Of a DNA stretch of 64,000 nucleotides, positions 38,201 through 56,200 are shown in pieces. Numbering within the stretch: the stretch's first letter is position 1; each line of letters starts with the position of its first letter. A program made the translations under genes and the position numbers. Origin of the DNA: Eledone cirrhosa (taxonomy: Eukaryota); assembly GCA_964016885.1 (NCBI GenBank), contig OZ024740.1:439704001-439768000 (forward strand), read 5' to 3'. The notes beneath the pieces are model-generated. The model was not told the origin of the DNA, did no database searches, and saw nothing but the letters and a program-made list of their open reading frames with translations.

Positions 38201-41200
38201 ACCTCCCACAGTACTATACCAACCTCCGCCAGTACTATACCAACCTACCACAGTATTATACCAACCTCCCCCAGTACTATACCAACCTACCACAGTATTA
38301 TACCAACCTCCCCCAGTACTATACCAACCTACCCCAGTATTATACCAACCTCCCACAGTACTACACCAACCTCCCCCAGTACTATACCAACCTCCCACAG
38401 TACTATACCAACCTCCCCCAGTACTATACCAACCTACCACAGTATTATACCAACCTCCCCCAGTACTATACCAACCTACCCCAGTATTATACCAACCTCC
38501 CACAGTACTATACCAACCTCCCCCAGTACTATACCAACCTACCCCAGTATTATACCAACCTCCCACAGTACTATACCAACCTCCCCCAGTACTATACCAA
38601 CCTCCCCCAGTACTATACGAACCTCCGCCAGTACTATACCCCCCCCCCCCAGTACTATACGAACCTCCGCCAGTACTATACCAACCTCCCACAGTACTAT
38701 ACCAACCTCCCCCAGTACTATACCAACCTACCCCAGTATTATACCAACCTACCCCAGTACTATACCAACCTCCCACAGTACTATACCAACCTCCCACAGT
38801 ACTATACCAACCTCCCCCAGTACTACACCAACCTCCCCCAGTACTATACCAACCTACCCCAGTATTATACCAACCTACCCCAGTACTATACCAACCTCCC
38901 ACAGTACTATACCAACCTTCCACAGTACTATACCAACCTACCCCAGTACTATACCAACCTCCCACAGTACTATACCACCCTAACACAGTACTATACCAAC
39001 CTCCCCCGGTACTATACCAACCTACCCCAGTATTATACCAACCTCCCACAGTACTATACCAACCTCCCCCAGTACTATACCAACCTCCCACAGTACTATA
39101 CCAACCTCCCCCAGTACTACACCAACCTCCCACAGTACTATACCAACCTCCCCCAGTACTATACCAACCTACCCCAGTATTATACCAACCTCCCCCAGTA
39201 CTATACCAACCTCCCACAGTACTATACCAACCTCCCCCAGTACTATACCAACCTCCCACAGTACTATACCAACCTCCCCCAGTGCTATACCAACCTACCA
39301 CAGTATTATACCAACCTCCCACAGTACTATACCAACCTCCCCCAGTACTATACCAAACTACCACAGTATTATACCAACCTCCCCCAGTACTATACCAACC
39401 TACCCCAGTATTATACCAACCTCCCACAGTACTATACCAACCTCGCCCAGTACTATACCAACCTACCACAGTATTATACCAACCTCCCCCAGTACTATAC
39501 CAACCTACCCCAGTATTATACCAACCTCCCACAGTACTATACCAACCTCCCCCAGTACTATACCAACCTCCCCCAGTACTATACCAACCTACCCCAGTAC
39601 TATACCAACCTTCCACAGTACTACACCAACCTCCCACAGTACTATACCAACCTCCCCCAGTACTATACCAACCTCCCCCAGTACTATACCAACCTCCCAC
39701 AGTACTATACCAACCTACCCCAGTACTATACCAACCTACCCCAGTATTATACCAACCTCACCCAGTACTATACCAACCTCCCACAGTACTATACCAACCT
39801 CCCACAGTACTATACCAACCTAGCCCAGTACTATACCAACCTCCCACAGTACTATACCAACCTACCCCAGTACTATACCAACCTCCCCCAGTTCTATACC
39901 AACCTCCCCCAGTATTATACCAACCTACCACAGTACTATACCAACCTACCCCAGTACAATACCAACCTACCCCAGTATTATACCAACCTACCCCAGTACT
40001 ATACCAACCTCCCCCAGTTCTATACCAACCTCCCCCAGTGTAATACCAACCTACCACAGTACTATACCAACCTACCCCATTACAATACCAACCTACCCCA
40101 GTATTATACCAACCTACCCCAGTACTATACCAACCTCCCCCAGTACTATACCAACCTCCCCCAGTATTATACCAACCTACCACAGTACTATACCAACCTA
40201 CACCAGTATTATACCAACCTCCCACAGTACTATACCAACCTCCCCCAGTACTATATCAACCTCCCCAGTATTATACCAACCTACCACAGTACTATACCAA
40301 CCTACCCCAGTACTATACCAACCTTCCACAGTATTATACCAACCTACCCCAGTATTATACCAACCTACCCCAGTATTATACCAACCTACCCCAGTTTTAT
40401 ACCAACCTAACCCAGTACTCTACCAACCTCCCACAGTACTATACCAACCTCCCCCAGTACTATACCAACCTACCCCAGTACTATACCAACCTCGCCCAGT
40501 AGCATACCATCCTACCCCAGTATTATACCAACCTCCCCCAGTACTATACCAAACTCCCACAGTACTATACCAACCTCCCACAGTACTATACCAACCTACC
40601 ACAGTACTATACCAACCTCCCCCAGTACTATACCAACCTCCCACAGTACTATACCAAACTACCACAGTACTATACCAGCCTACCCCAGTATTATACCAGC
40701 CTACCCCAGTATTATACCAACCTACCCCAGTACTATACCAACCTCCCCCAGTACTATACCAACCTCCCCCAGTACTATACCAACCTCCCCCAGTACTATA
40801 CCAACCTACCCCAGTACTATACCAACCTCCCACAGTACTATACCAACCTACCCCAGTACTATACCAACCTCGCCCAGTAGTATACCATCCTACCCCAGTA
40901 TTATACCAACCTCCCCCAGTACTATCCCAGCCTACCCCGGTACTATACCAAACTCCCACAGTACTATACCAACCTCCCACAGTGCTATACCAACCTCCCA
41001 CAGTACTATACCAGCCTCACACAGTACTATACCAACCTACCCCAGTACTATACCAACCTCCCACAGTGCTATACCAACCTCCCACAGTACTATACCAGCC
41101 TCACACAGTACTATACCAACCTCCCCCAGTACTATACCAACCTACCACAGTATTATACCAACCTCCCCCAGTACTATACCAACCTCCCACAGTACTATAC

Positions 41201-44200
41201 CAACCTCCCCCAGTACTATACCAACCTCCCACAGTACTATACCAACCTCCCCCAGTGCTATACCAACCTACCACAGTATTATACCAACCTCCCACAGTAC
41301 TATACCAACCTCCCCCAGTACTATACCAAACTACCACAGTATTATACCAACCTCCCCCAGTACTATACCAACCTACCCCAGTATTATACCAACCTCCCAC
41401 AGTACTATACCAACCTCGCCCAGTACTATACCAACCTACCACAGTATTATACCAACCTCCCCCAGTACTATACCAACCTACCCCAGTATTATACCAACCT
41501 CCCACAGTACTATACCAACCTCCCCCAGTACTATACCAACCTCCCCCAGTACTATACCAACCTACCCCAGTACTATACCAACCTTCCACAGTACTACACC
41601 AACCTCCCACAGTACTATACCAACCTCCCCCAGTACTATACCAAACTCCCACAGTACTATACCAACCTCCCCCAGTACTATACCAACCTCCCACAGTACT
41701 ATACCAACCTCCCCCAGTACTATACCAACCTCCCACAGTACTATACCAACCTCCCCCAGTAATATACCAACCTACCCCAGTACTATACCACCCTAACACA
41801 GTACTATCCCAACCTCCCACAGTACTATACCAACCTCCCACAGTACTATACCAACCTCCCCCAGTACTATACCAACCTACCCCAGTACTATACCAACCTA
41901 CCCCAGTATTATACCAACCTACCCCAGTATTATACCAACCTCGCCCAGTATTATACCAACCTCCCACAGTACTATACCAACCTCCCACAGTACTATACCA
42001 ACCTACCCCAGTACTATACCAACCTACCCCAGTATTATACCAACCTACCCCAGTACTATACCAACCTACCCCAGTATTATACCAACCTCACCCAGTACTA
42101 TACCAACCTCCCACACTACTATACCAACCTCCCACAGTACTATACCAACCTATCCCAGTACTATACCAACCTCCCACAGTACTATACCAACCTACCCCAG
42201 TACTATACCAACCTACCCCAGTATTATACCAACCTCACCCAGTACTATACCAACCTCCCACAGACTATACCAACCTCCCACAGTACTATACCTACCTACC
42301 CCAGTATTATACCAACCTACCCCAGTACTATACCAACCTCCCCCAGTTCTATACCAACCTCCCCCAGTATTATACCAACCTACCACAGTACTATACCAAC
42401 CTACCCCAGTACAATACCAACCTACCCCAGTATTATACCAACCTACCCCAGTACTATACCAACCTCCCCCAGTTCTATACCAACCTCCCCCAGTATTATA
42501 CCAACCTACCACAGTACTATACCAACCTACCCCAGTACAATACCAACCTACCCCGGTATTATACCAACCTACCCCAGTACTATACCAACCTCCCCCAGTA
42601 CTATACCAACCTCCCCCAGTATTATACCAACCTACCACAGTACTATACCAACCTACCCCAGTATTATACCAACCTCCCACAGTACTATACCAACCTCCCC
42701 CAGTACTATATCAACCTCCCCCAGTATTATACCAACCTACCACAGTACTATACCAACCTACCCCAGTACTATACCAACCTTCCACAGTATTATACCAACC
42801 TACCCCAGTATTATACCAACCTACCCCAGTATTATACCAACCTACCCCAGTTTTATACCAACCTACCCCAGTACTCTACCAACCTCCCACAGTACTATAC
42901 CAACCTCCCCCAGTACTATCCCAACCTACCCCAGTACTATACAAACCTCGCCCAGTAGCATACCATCCTACCCCAGTATTATACCAACCTCCCCCAGTAC
43001 TATACCAAACTCCCACAGTACTATACCAACCTCCCACAGTACTATACCAACCTACCACAGTACTATACCAACCTCCCCCAGTACTATACCAACCTCCCAC
43101 AGTACTATACCAAACTACCACAGTACTATACCAGCCTACCCCAGTATTATACCAGCCTACCCCAGTATTATACCAACCTACCCCAGTACTATACCAACCT
43201 CCCCCAGTACTATACCAACCTCCCCCAGTACTATACCAACCTCCCCCAGTACTGTACCAACCTCCCACAGTACTATACCAACCTTCCACAGTACTATACC
43301 AACCTACCCCAGTACTATACCAACCTCCCACAGTACTATACCACCAACCTCCAACAGTACTATACCACCCTAACACAGTACTATACCAACCTCCCACAGT
43401 ACTATACCAAACTACCACAGTACTATACCAACCTTCCACAGTACTATACCAACCTCCCACAGTATTATACCGACCTCCCACAGTACTATACCAACCTCAC
43501 ACAGTACTATACCAACCTACCCCAGTACTATACCAACCTACCACAGTACTATAGCAACGTACCCCCCCCCCCCCCTCTTACCCCCAGTACTATACCAACC
43601 TACCCTAGTACTATCCCAACCTACCCCAGTACTATACCAACCTCCCCCAGTACTATACCAACCTACCCCAGTACTATACCAACCTCCCACAGTACTATAC
43701 CAACCTACCCCAGTACTATACCAACCTCGCCCAGTAGTATACCATCCTACCCCAGTATTATACCAACCTCCCCCAGTACTATCCCAGCCTACCCCAGTAC
43801 TATACCAAACTCCCACAGTACTATACCAACCTCCCACAGTGCTATACCAACCTCCCACAGTACTATACCAGCCTCACACAGTACTATACCAACCTACCCC
43901 AGTACTATACCAACCTCCCACAGTGCTATACCAACCTCCCACAGTACTATACCAGCCTCACACAGTACTATACCAACCTACCACAATGCTATACCAACCT
44001 CCCACAGTACTATACCAACCTCCCCAGTACTATACCAACCTCCCCCAGTACTATACCAACCTCCCCCAGTACTATACCAACCTCCCCCAGTAATATACCA
44101 ACCTCCCACAGTATTATACCAACCTCCCCCAGTACTATACCAACCTCCCACAGTACTATACCAACCTCCCCCAGTACTATACCAACCTCCCCCAGTACTA

Positions 44201-47200
44201 TACCAACCTCCCACAGTACTATACCAACCTCCCCCAGTAATATACCAACCTACCCCAGTACTATACCACCCTAACACAGTACTATCCCAACCTCCCACAG
44301 TACTATACCAACCTCCCACAGTACTATACAAACCTCCCCCAGTACTATACCAACCTACCCCAGTACTATACCAACCTACCCCAGTATTATACCAACCTAC
44401 CCCAGTATTATACCAACCTCACCCAGTATTATACCAACCTCCCACAGTACTATACCAACCTCCCACAGTACTATACCAACCTCCCCCAGTACTATACCAA
44501 CCTACCCCAGTATTATACCAACCTACCCCAGTACTATACCAACCTCCCACAGTACTATACCAACCTCCCACAGTACTATACCAACCTCCCCCAGTACTAG
44601 ACCAACCTCCCCCAGTACTATACCAACCTACCCCAGTATTATACCAACCTACCCCAGTACTATACCAACCTCCCACAGTACTATACCAACCTTCCACAGT
44701 ACTATACCAACCTACCCCAGTACTATACCAACCTCCCACAGTACTATACCACCCTAACACAGTACTATACCAACCTCCACCAGTACTATACCAACCTACC
44801 CCAGTATTATACCAACCTCCCACAGTACTATACCAACCTCCCCCAGTACTATACCAACCTACCCCAGTACTATACCAACCTCCCCCAGTACTATACCAAC
44901 CTCCCACAGTACTATACCAACCTCCTCCAGTAATATACCAACATACCCCAGTACTATACCACCCTAACACAGTACTATACCAACCTCCCACAGTACTATA
45001 CCAACCTCCCACAGTACTATACCAACCTCTGCCAGTACTATACCAACCTACCACAGTATTATACCAACCTCCCCCAGTACTATACCAACCTACCCCAGTA
45101 TTATACCAACCTCCCACAGTACTATACCAACCTCCCCCAGTACTATACCAACCTCCCACAGTACTATACCAACCTCCCCCAGTACTATACCAACCTACCA
45201 CAGTATTATACCAACCTCCCCCAGTACTATACCAACCTACCCCAGTATTATACCAACCTCCGCCAGTACTATACCAACCTCCCACAGTACTATACCAACC
45301 TCCGCCAGTACTATACCAACCTACCACAGTATTATACCAACCTCCCCCAGTACTATACCAACCTACCACAGTATTATACCAACCTCCCCCAGTACTATAC
45401 CAACCTACCCCAGTATTATACCAACCTCCCACAGTACTACACCAACCTCCCCCAGTACTATACCAACCTCCCACAGTACTATACCAACCTCCCCCAGTAC
45501 TATACCAACCTACCACAGTATTATACCAACCTCCCCCAGTACTATACCAACCTACCCCAGTATTATACCAACCTCCCACAGTACTATACCAACCTCCCCC
45601 AGTACTATACCAACCTACCCCAGTATTATACCAACCTCCCACAGTACTATACCAACCTCCCCCAGTACTATACCAACCTCCCCCAGTACTATACGAACCT
45701 CCGCCAGTACTATACCCCCCCCCCCAGTACTATACGAACCTCCGCCAGTACTATACCAACCTCCCACAGTACTATACCAACCTCCCCCAGTACTATACCA
45801 ACCTACCCCAGTATTATACCAACCTACCCCAGTACTATACCAACCTCCCACAGTACTATACCAACCTCCCACAGTACTATACCAACCTCCCCCAGTACTA
45901 CACCAACCTCCCCCAGTACTATACCAACCTACCCCAGTATTATACCAACCTACCCCAGTACTATACCAACCTCCCACAGTACTATACCAACCTTCCACAG
46001 TACTATACCAACCTACCCCAGTACTATACCAACCTCCCACAGTACTATACCACCCTAACACAGTACTATACCAACCTCCCCCGGTACTATACCAACCTAC
46101 CCCATTATTATACCAACCTCCCACAGTACTATACCAACCTCCCCCAGTACTATACCAACCTCCCACAGTACTATACCAACCTCCCCCAGTACTACACCAA
46201 CCTCCCACAGTACTATACCAACCTCCCCCAGTACTATACCAACCTACCCCAGTATTATACCAACCTCCCCCAGTACTATACCAACCTCCCACAGTACTAT
46301 ACCAACCTCCCCCAGTACTATACCAACCTCCCACAGTACTATACCAACCTCCCCCAGTGCTATACCAACCTACCACAGTATTATACCAACCTCCCACAGT
46401 ACTATACCAACCTCCCCCAGTACTATACCAAACTACCACAGTATTATACCAACCTCCCCCAGTACTATACCAACCTACCCCAGTATTATACCAACCTCCC
46501 ACAGTACTATACCAACCTCGCCCAGTACTATACCAACCTACCACAGTATTATACCAACCTCCCCCAGTACTATACCAACCTACCCCAGTATTATACCAAC
46601 CTCCCACAGTACTATACCAACCTCCCCCAGTACTATACCAACCTCCCCCAGTACTATACCAACCTACCCCAGTACTATACCAACCTTCCACAGTACTACA
46701 CCAACCTCCCACAGTACTATACCAACCTCCCCCAGTACTATACCAACCTCCCCCAGTACTATACCAACCTCCCACAGTACTATACCAACCTCCCCCAGTA
46801 ATATACCAACCTACCCCAGTACTATACCACCCTAACACAGTACTATCCCAACCTCCCACAGTACTATACCAACCTCCCACAGTACTATACCAACCTCCCC
46901 CAGTACTATACCAACCTACCCCAGTACTATACCAACCTACCCCAGTATTATACCAACCTACCCCAGTATTATACCAACCTCACCCAGTATTATACCAACC
47001 TCCCACAGTACTATACCAACCTCCCACAGTACTATACCAACCTACCCCAGTACTATACCAACCTACCCCAGTATTATACCAACCTACCCCAGTACTATAC
47101 CAACCTACCCCAGTATTATACCAACCTCACCCAGTACTATACCAACCTCCCACAGTACTATACCAACCTCCCACAGTACTATACCAACCTAGCCCAGTAC

Positions 47201-50200
47201 TATACCAACCTCCCACAGTACTATACCAACCTACCCCAGTACTATACCAACCTCCCCCAGTTCTATACCAACCTCCCCCAGTATTATACCAACCTACCAC
47301 AGTACTATACCAACCTACCCCAGTACAATACCAACCTACCCCAGTATTATACCAACCTACCCCAGTACTATACCAACCTCCCCCAGTTCTATACCAACCT
47401 CCCCCAGTGTAATACCAACCTACCACAGTACTATACCAACCTACCCCATTACAATACCAACCTACCCCAGTATTATACCAACCTACCCCAGTACTATACC
47501 AACCTCCCCCAGTACTATACCAACCTCCCCCAGTATTATACCAACCTACCACAGTACTATACCAACCTACACCAGTATTATACCAACCTCCCACAGTACT
47601 ATACCAACCTCCCCCAGTACTATATCAACCTCCCCAGTATTATACCAACCTACCACAGTACTATACCAACCTACCCCAGTACTATACCAACCTTCCACAG
47701 TATTATACCAACCTACCCCAGTATTATACCAACCTACCCCAGTATTATACCAACCTACCCCAGTTTTATACCAACCTAACCCAGTACTCTACCAACCTCC
47801 CACAGTACTATACCAACCTCCCCCAGTACTATACCAACCTACCCCAGTACTATACCAACCTCGCCCAGTAGCATACCATCCTACCCCAGTATTATACCAA
47901 CCTCCCCCAGTACTATACCAAACTCCCACAGTACTATACCAACCTCCCACAGTACTATACCAACCTACCACAGTACTATACCAACCTCCCCCAGTACTAT
48001 ACCAACCTCCCACAGTACTATACCAAACTACCACAGTACTATACCAGCCTACCCCAGTATTATACCAGCCTACCCCAGTATTATACCAACCTACCCCAGT
48101 ACTATACCAACCTCCCCCAGTACTATACCAACCTCCCCCAGTACTATACCAACCTCCCCCAGTACTATACCAACCTACCCCAGTACTATACCAACCTCCC
48201 ACAGTACTATACCAACCTACCCCAGTACTATACCAACCTCGCCCAGTAGTATACCATCCTACCCCAGTATTATACCAACCTCCCCCAGTACTATCCCAGC
48301 CTACCCCGGTACTATACCAAACTCCCACAGTACTATACCAACCTCCCACAGTGCTATACCAACCTCCCACAGTACTATACCAGCCTCACACAGTACTATA
48401 CCAACCTACCCCAGTACTATACCAACCTCCCACAGTGCTATACCAACCTCCCACAGTACTATACCAGCCTCACACAGTACTATACCAACCTACCACAGTG
48501 CTATACCAACCTCCCACAGTACTATACCAACCTCCCCCAGTACTATACCAACCTCCCCCAGTACTATACCAACCTCCCCCAGTACTATACCAACCTCCCC
48601 CAGTAATATACCAACCTCCCACAGTATTATACCAACCTCCCCCAGTACTATACCAACCTCCCACAGTACTATACCAACCTCCCCCAGTACTATACCAACC
48701 TCCCCCAGTACTATACCAACCTCCCACAGTATTATACCAACCTCCCCCATTAATATACCAACCTACCCCAGTACTATACCACCCTAACACAGTACTATCC
48801 CAACCTCCCACAGTACTATACCAACCTCCCACAGTACTATACAAACCTCCCCCAGTACTATACCAACCTACCTCAGTACTATACCAACCTACCCCAGTAT
48901 TATACCAACCTACCCCAGTATTATACCAACCTCACCCAGTATTATACCAACCTCCCACAGTACTATACCAACCTCCCACAGTACTATACCAACCTACCCC
49001 AGTACTATACCAACCTACCTTAGTATTATACCAACCTACCCCAGTACTATACCAACCTACCCCAGTATTATACCAACCTCACCCAGTACTATACCAACCT
49101 CCCACAGTACTATACCAACCTCCCACAGTACTATACCAACCTACCCCAGTACTATACCAACCTCCCACAGTACTATACCAACCTACCCCAGTACTATACC
49201 AACCTACCCCAGTATTATACCAACCTCACCCAGTACTATACCAACCTCCCACAGTACTATACCAACCTCCCACAGTACTATACCAACCTCCCCCAGTAGT
49301 GTACCAACCTCCCACAGTACTTTACCAACCTCCCACACTACTCTACCAACCTCCCCCAGTACTATACAAACCTCCCCCAGTACTATACAAACCTCCCCCA
49401 GTACTATACCAACCTCCCACAGTACTATACCAACCTCCCCCAGTACTGTACCAACCTCCCACAGTACTTTACCAACCTCCCACACTACTCTACCAACCTC
49501 CCCCTGTACTATACAAACCTCCCCCAGTACTATACAAACCTCCCCCAGTACTATACCAACCTCCCACAGTACTATACCAACCTCCCCCAGTACTGTACCA
49601 ACCTCCCACAGTACTTTACCAACCTCCCACAGTACTATACCAACCTCCCCCAGTACTATACAAACCTCCCCCAGTACTATACAAACCTCCCCCAGTACTA
49701 TACCAACCTCCCACAGTACTATACCAACCTCCCCCAGTAATATACCAACATACCCCAGTACTATACCACCCTAACACAGTACTATACCAACCTCCCACAG
49801 TACTATACCAACCTCCCACAGTACTATACCAACCTCTGCCAGTACTATACCAACCTACCACAGTATTATACCAACCTCCCCCAGTACTATACCAACCTAC
49901 CCCAGTATTATACCAACCTCCCACAGTACTATACCAACCTCCCCCAGTACTATACCAACCTCCCACAGTACTATACCAACCTCCCCCAGTACTATACCAA
50001 CCTACCACAGTATTATACCAACCTCCCCCAGTACTATACCAACCTACCCCAGTATTATACCAACCTCCGCCAGTACTATACCAACCTCCCACAGTACTAT
50101 ACCAACCTCCGCCAGTACTATACCAACCTACCACAGTATTATACCAACCTCCCCCAGTACTATACCAACCTACCACAGTATTATACCAACCTCCCCCAGT

Positions 50201-53200
50201 ACTATACCAACCTACCCCAGTATTATACCAACCTCCCACAGTACTACACCAACCTCCCCCAGTACTATACCAACCTCCCACAGTACTATACCAACCTCCC
50301 CCAGTACTATACCAACCTACCACAGTATTATACCAACCTCCCCCAGTACTATACCAACCTACCCCAGTATTATACCAACCTCCCACAGTACTATACCAAC
50401 CTCCCCCAGTACTATACCAACCTACCCCAGTATTATACCAACCTCCCACAGTACTATACCAACCTCCCCCAGTACTATACCAACCTCCCCCAGTACTATA
50501 CGAACCTCCGCCAGTACTATACCCCCCCCCCAGTACTATACGAACCTCCGCCAGTACTATACCAACCTCCCACAGTACTATACCAACCTCCCCCAGTACT
50601 ATACCAACCTACCCCAGTATTATACCAACCTACCCCAGTACTATACCAACCTCCCACAGTACTATACCAACCTCCCACAGTACTATACCAACCTCCCCCA
50701 GTACTACACCAACCTCCCCCAGTACTATACCAACCTACCCCAGTATTATACCAACCTACCCCAGTACTATACCAACCTCCCACAGTACTATACCAACCTT
50801 CCACAGTGCTATACCAACCTACCCCAGTACTATACCAACCTCCCACAGTACTATACCACCCTAACACAGTACTATACCAACCTCCCCCAGTACTATACCA
50901 ACCTACCCCAGTATTATACCAACCTCCCACAGTACTATACCAACCTCCCCCAGTACTATACCAACCTCCCACAGTACTATACCAACCTCCCCCAGTACTA
51001 CACCAACCTCCCACAGTACTATACCAACCTCCCCCAGTACTATACCAACCTACCCCAGTATTATACCAACCTCCCCCAGTACTATACCAACCTCCCACAG
51101 TACTATACCAACCTCCCCCAGTACTATACCAACCTCCCACAGTACTATACCAACCTCCCCCAGTGCTATACCAACCTACCACAGTATTATACCAACCTCC
51201 CACAGTACTATACCAACCTCCCCCAGTACTATACCAAACTACCACAGTATTATACCAACCTCCCCCAGTACTATACCAACCTACCCCAGTATTATACCAA
51301 CCTCCCACAGTACTATACCAACCTCGCCCAGTACTATACCAACCTACCACAGTATTATACCAACCTCCCCCAGTACTATACCAACCTACCCCAGTATTAT
51401 ACCAACCTCCCACAGTACTATACCAACCTCCCCCAGTACTATACCAACCTCCCCCAGTACTATACCAACCTACCCCAGTACTATACCAACCTTCCACAGT
51501 ACTACACCAACCTCCCACAGTACTATACCAACCTCCCCCAGTACTATACCAACCTCCCCCAGTACTATACCAACCTCCCACAGTACTATACCAACCTCCC
51601 CCAGTAATATACCAACCTACCCCAGTACTATACCACCCTAACACAGTACTATCCCAACCTCCCACAGTACTATACCAACCTCCCACAGTACTATACCAAC
51701 CTCCCCCAGTACTATACCAACCTACCCCAGTACTATACCAACCTACCCCAGTATTATACCAACCTACCCCAGTATTATACCAACCTCACCCAGTATTATA
51801 CCAACCTCCCACAGTACTATACCAACCTCCCACAGTACTATACCAACCTACCCCAGTACTATACCAACCTACCCCAGTATTATACCAACCTACCCCAGTA
51901 CTATACCAACCTACCCCAGTATTATACCAACCTCACCCAGTACTATACCAACCTCCCACAGTACTATACCAACCTCCCACAGTACTATACCAACCTAGCC
52001 CAGTACTATACCAACCTCCCACAGTACTATACCAACCTACCCCAGTACTATACCAACCTCCCCCAGTTCTATACCAACCTCCCCCAGTATTATACCAACC
52101 TACCACAGTACTATACCAACCTACCCCAGTACAATACCAACCTACCCCAGTATTATACCAACCTACCCCAGTACTATACCAACCTCCCCCAGTTCTATAC
52201 CAACCTCCCCCAGTATTATACCAACCTACCACAGTACTATACCAACCTACCCCATTACAATACCAACCTACCCCAGTATTATACCAACCTACCCCAGTAC
52301 TATACCAACCTCCCCCAGTACTATACCAACCTCCCCCAGTATTATACCAACCTACCACAGTACTATACCAACCTACACCAGTATTATACCAACCTCCCAC
52401 AGTACTATACCAACCTCCCCCAGTACTATATCAACCTCCCCCAGTATTATACCAACCTACCACAGTACTATACCAACCTACCCCAGTACTATACCAACCT
52501 TCCACAGTATTATACCAACCTACCCCAGTATTATACCAACCTACCCCAGTATTATACCAACCTACCCCAGTTTTATACCAACCTACCCCAGTACTCTACC
52601 AACCTCCCACAGTACTATACCAACCTCCCCCAGTACTATACCAACCTACCCCAGTACTATACCAACCTCGCCCAGTAGCATACCATCCTACCCCAGTATT
52701 ATACCAACCTCCCCCAGTACTATACCAAACTCCCACAGTACTATACCAACCTCCCACAGTACTATACCAACCTACCACAGTACTATACCAACCTCCCCCA
52801 GTACTATACCAACCTCCCACAGTACTATACCAAACTACCACAGTACTATACCAGCCTACCCCAGTATTATACCAGCCTACCCCAGTATTATACCAACCTA
52901 CCCCAGTACTATACCAACCTCCCCCAGTACTATACCAACCTCCCCCAGTACTATACCAACCTCCCCCAGTACTATACCAACCTACCCCAGTACTATACCA
53001 ACCTCCCACAGTACTATACCAACCTACCCCAGTACTATACCAACCTCGCCCAGTAGTATACCATCCTACCCCAGTATTATACCAACCTCCCCCAGTACTA
53101 TCCCAGCCTACCCCGGTACTATACCAAACTCCCACAGTACTATACCAACCTCCCACAGTGCTATACCAACCTCCCACAGTACTATACCAGCCTCACACAG

Positions 53201-56200
53201 TACTATACCAACCTACCCCAGTACTATACCAACCTCCCACAGTGCTATACCAACCTCCCACAGTACTATACCAGCCTCACACAGTACTATACCAACCTAC
53301 CACAGTGCTATACCAACCTCCCACAGTACTATACCAACCTCCCCCAGTACTATACCAACCTCCCCCAGTACTATACCAACCTCCCCCAGTACTATACCAA
53401 CCTCCCCCAGTAATATACCAACCTCCCACAGTATTATACCAACCTCCCCCAGTACTATACCAACCTCCCACAGTACTATACCAACCTCCCCCAGTACTAT
53501 ACCAACCTCTCCCAGTACTATACCAACCTCCCACAGTATTATACCAACCTCCCCCAGTAATATACCAACCTACCCCAGTACTATACCACCCTAACACAGT
53601 ACTATCCCAACCTCCCACAGTACTATACCAACCTCCCACAGTACTATACAAACATCCCCCAGTACTATACCAACCTACCTCAGTACTATACCAACCTACC
53701 CCAGTATTATACCAACCTACCCCAGTATTATACCAACCTCACCCAGTATTATACCAACCTCCCACAGTACTATACCAACCTCCCACAGTACTATACCAAC
53801 CTACCCCAGTACTATACCAACCTACCCCAGTATTATACCAACCTACCCCAGTACTATACCAACCTACCCCAGTATTATACCAACCTCACCCAGTACTATA
53901 CCAACCTCCCACAGTACTATACCAACCTCCCACAGTACTATACCAACCTACCCCAGTACTATACCAACCTCCCACAGTACTATACCAACCTACCCCAGTA
54001 CTATACCAACCTACCCCAGTATTATACCAACCTCACCCAGTACTATACCAACCTCCCACAGTACTATACCAACCTCCCACAGTACTATACCAACCTCCCC
54101 CAGTAGTGTACCAACCTCCCACAGTACTTTACCAACCTCCCACACTACTCTACCAACCTCCCCCAGTACTATACAAACCTCCCCCAGTACTATACAAACC
54201 TCCCCCAGTACTATACCAACCTCCCACAGTACTATACCAACCTCCCCCAGTACTGTACCAACCTCCCACAGTACTTTACCAACCTCCCACACTACTCTAC
54301 CAACCTCCCCCTGTACTATACAAACCTCCCCCAGTACTATACAAACCTCCCCCAGTACTATACCAACCTCCCACAGTACTATACCAACCTCCCCCAGTAC
54401 TGTACCAACCTCCCACAGTACTTTACCAACCTCCCACAGTACTATACCAACCTCCCCCAGTACTATACAAACCTCCCCCAGTACTATACAAACCTCCCCC
54501 AGTACTATACCAACCTCCCACAGTACTATACCAACCTCCCCCAGTACTGTACCAACCTCCCACAGTACTTTACCAACCTCCCACAGTAGTCTACCAACCT
54601 CCCCCAGTACTATACAAACCTCCCCCAGTACTATACAAACCTCCCCCAGTACTGTACCAACCTCCCACAGTACTTTACCAACCTCCCACAGTAATATACC
54701 ATCCTCCCCCAGTACTGGACCAACCTCCCACAGTACTTTACCAACCTCCCCCAGTACTATACCAACCTCCCACAGTACTTTACCAACCTCCCCCAGTACT
54801 ATACCAACCTCCCCCAGTACTATACCTACCTCCCCCAGTACTATACCAACCTCACACAGCACTTTACCAACCTCCCACAGTACCATACCAACCTCCCCCA
54901 GTACTATACGAACCTCCGCCAGTAGTATACCCCCCCCCCAGTACTATACGAACCTCCGCCAGTACTATACTAACCTTCCACAGTACTATACCAACCTCCC
55001 CCAGTACTATACCAACCTACCCCAGTATTATACCAACCTACCCCAGTACTATACCAACCTCCCACAGTATTATACCAACCTCCCACAGTACTATACCAAC
55101 CTCCCCCAGTACTACACCAACCTCCCCCAGTACTATACCAACCTACCCCAGTATTATACCAACCTACCCCAGTACTATACCAACCTCCCACAGTACTATA
55201 CCAACCTTCCACAGTACTATACCAACCTACCCCAGTACTATACCAACCTCCCACAGTACTATACCACCCTAACACAGTACTATACCAACCTCCCCCAGTA
55301 CTATACCAACCTACCCCAGTATTATACCAACCTCCCACAGTATTATACCAACCTCCCCCAGTACTATACCAACCTCCCACAGTACTATACCAACCTCCCC
55401 CAGTACTATACCAACCTCCCACAGTACTATACCAACCTCCCCCAGTAATATACCAACCTACCCCAGTACTGTACCACCCTAACACAGTACTATACCAACC
55501 TCCCACAGTACTATACCAACCTCCCGCAGTACTATACCAACCTCTGCCAGTACTATACCAACCTACCACAGTATTATACCAACCTCCCCCAGTACTATAC
55601 CAACCTACCCCAGTATTATACCAACCTCCCACAGTACTATACCAACCTCCCCCAGTACTATACCAACCTCCCACAGTACTATACCAACCTCCCCCAGTAC
55701 TATACCAACCTACCGCAGTATTATACCAACCTCCCCCAGTACTATACCAACCTCCCACAGTACTATACCAACCTCCCCCAGTACTATACCAACCTCCCCC
55801 AGTACTATACCAACCTCCCACAGTATTATACCAACCTCCCCCAGTAATATACCAACCTACCCCAGTACTATACCACCCTAACACAGTACTATCCCAACCT
55901 CCCACAGTACTATACCAACCTCCCACAGTACTATACAAACCTCCCCCAGTACTATACCAACCTACCTCAGTACTATACCAACCTACCCCAGTATTATACC
56001 AACCTACCCCAGTATTATACCAACCTCACCCAGTATTATACCAACCTCCCACAGTACTATACCAACCTCCCACAGTACTATACCAACCTACCCCAGTACT
56101 ATACCAACCTACCTTAGTATTATACCAACCTACCCCAGTACTATACCAACCTACCCCAGTATTATACCAACCTCACCCAGTACTATACCAACCTCCCACA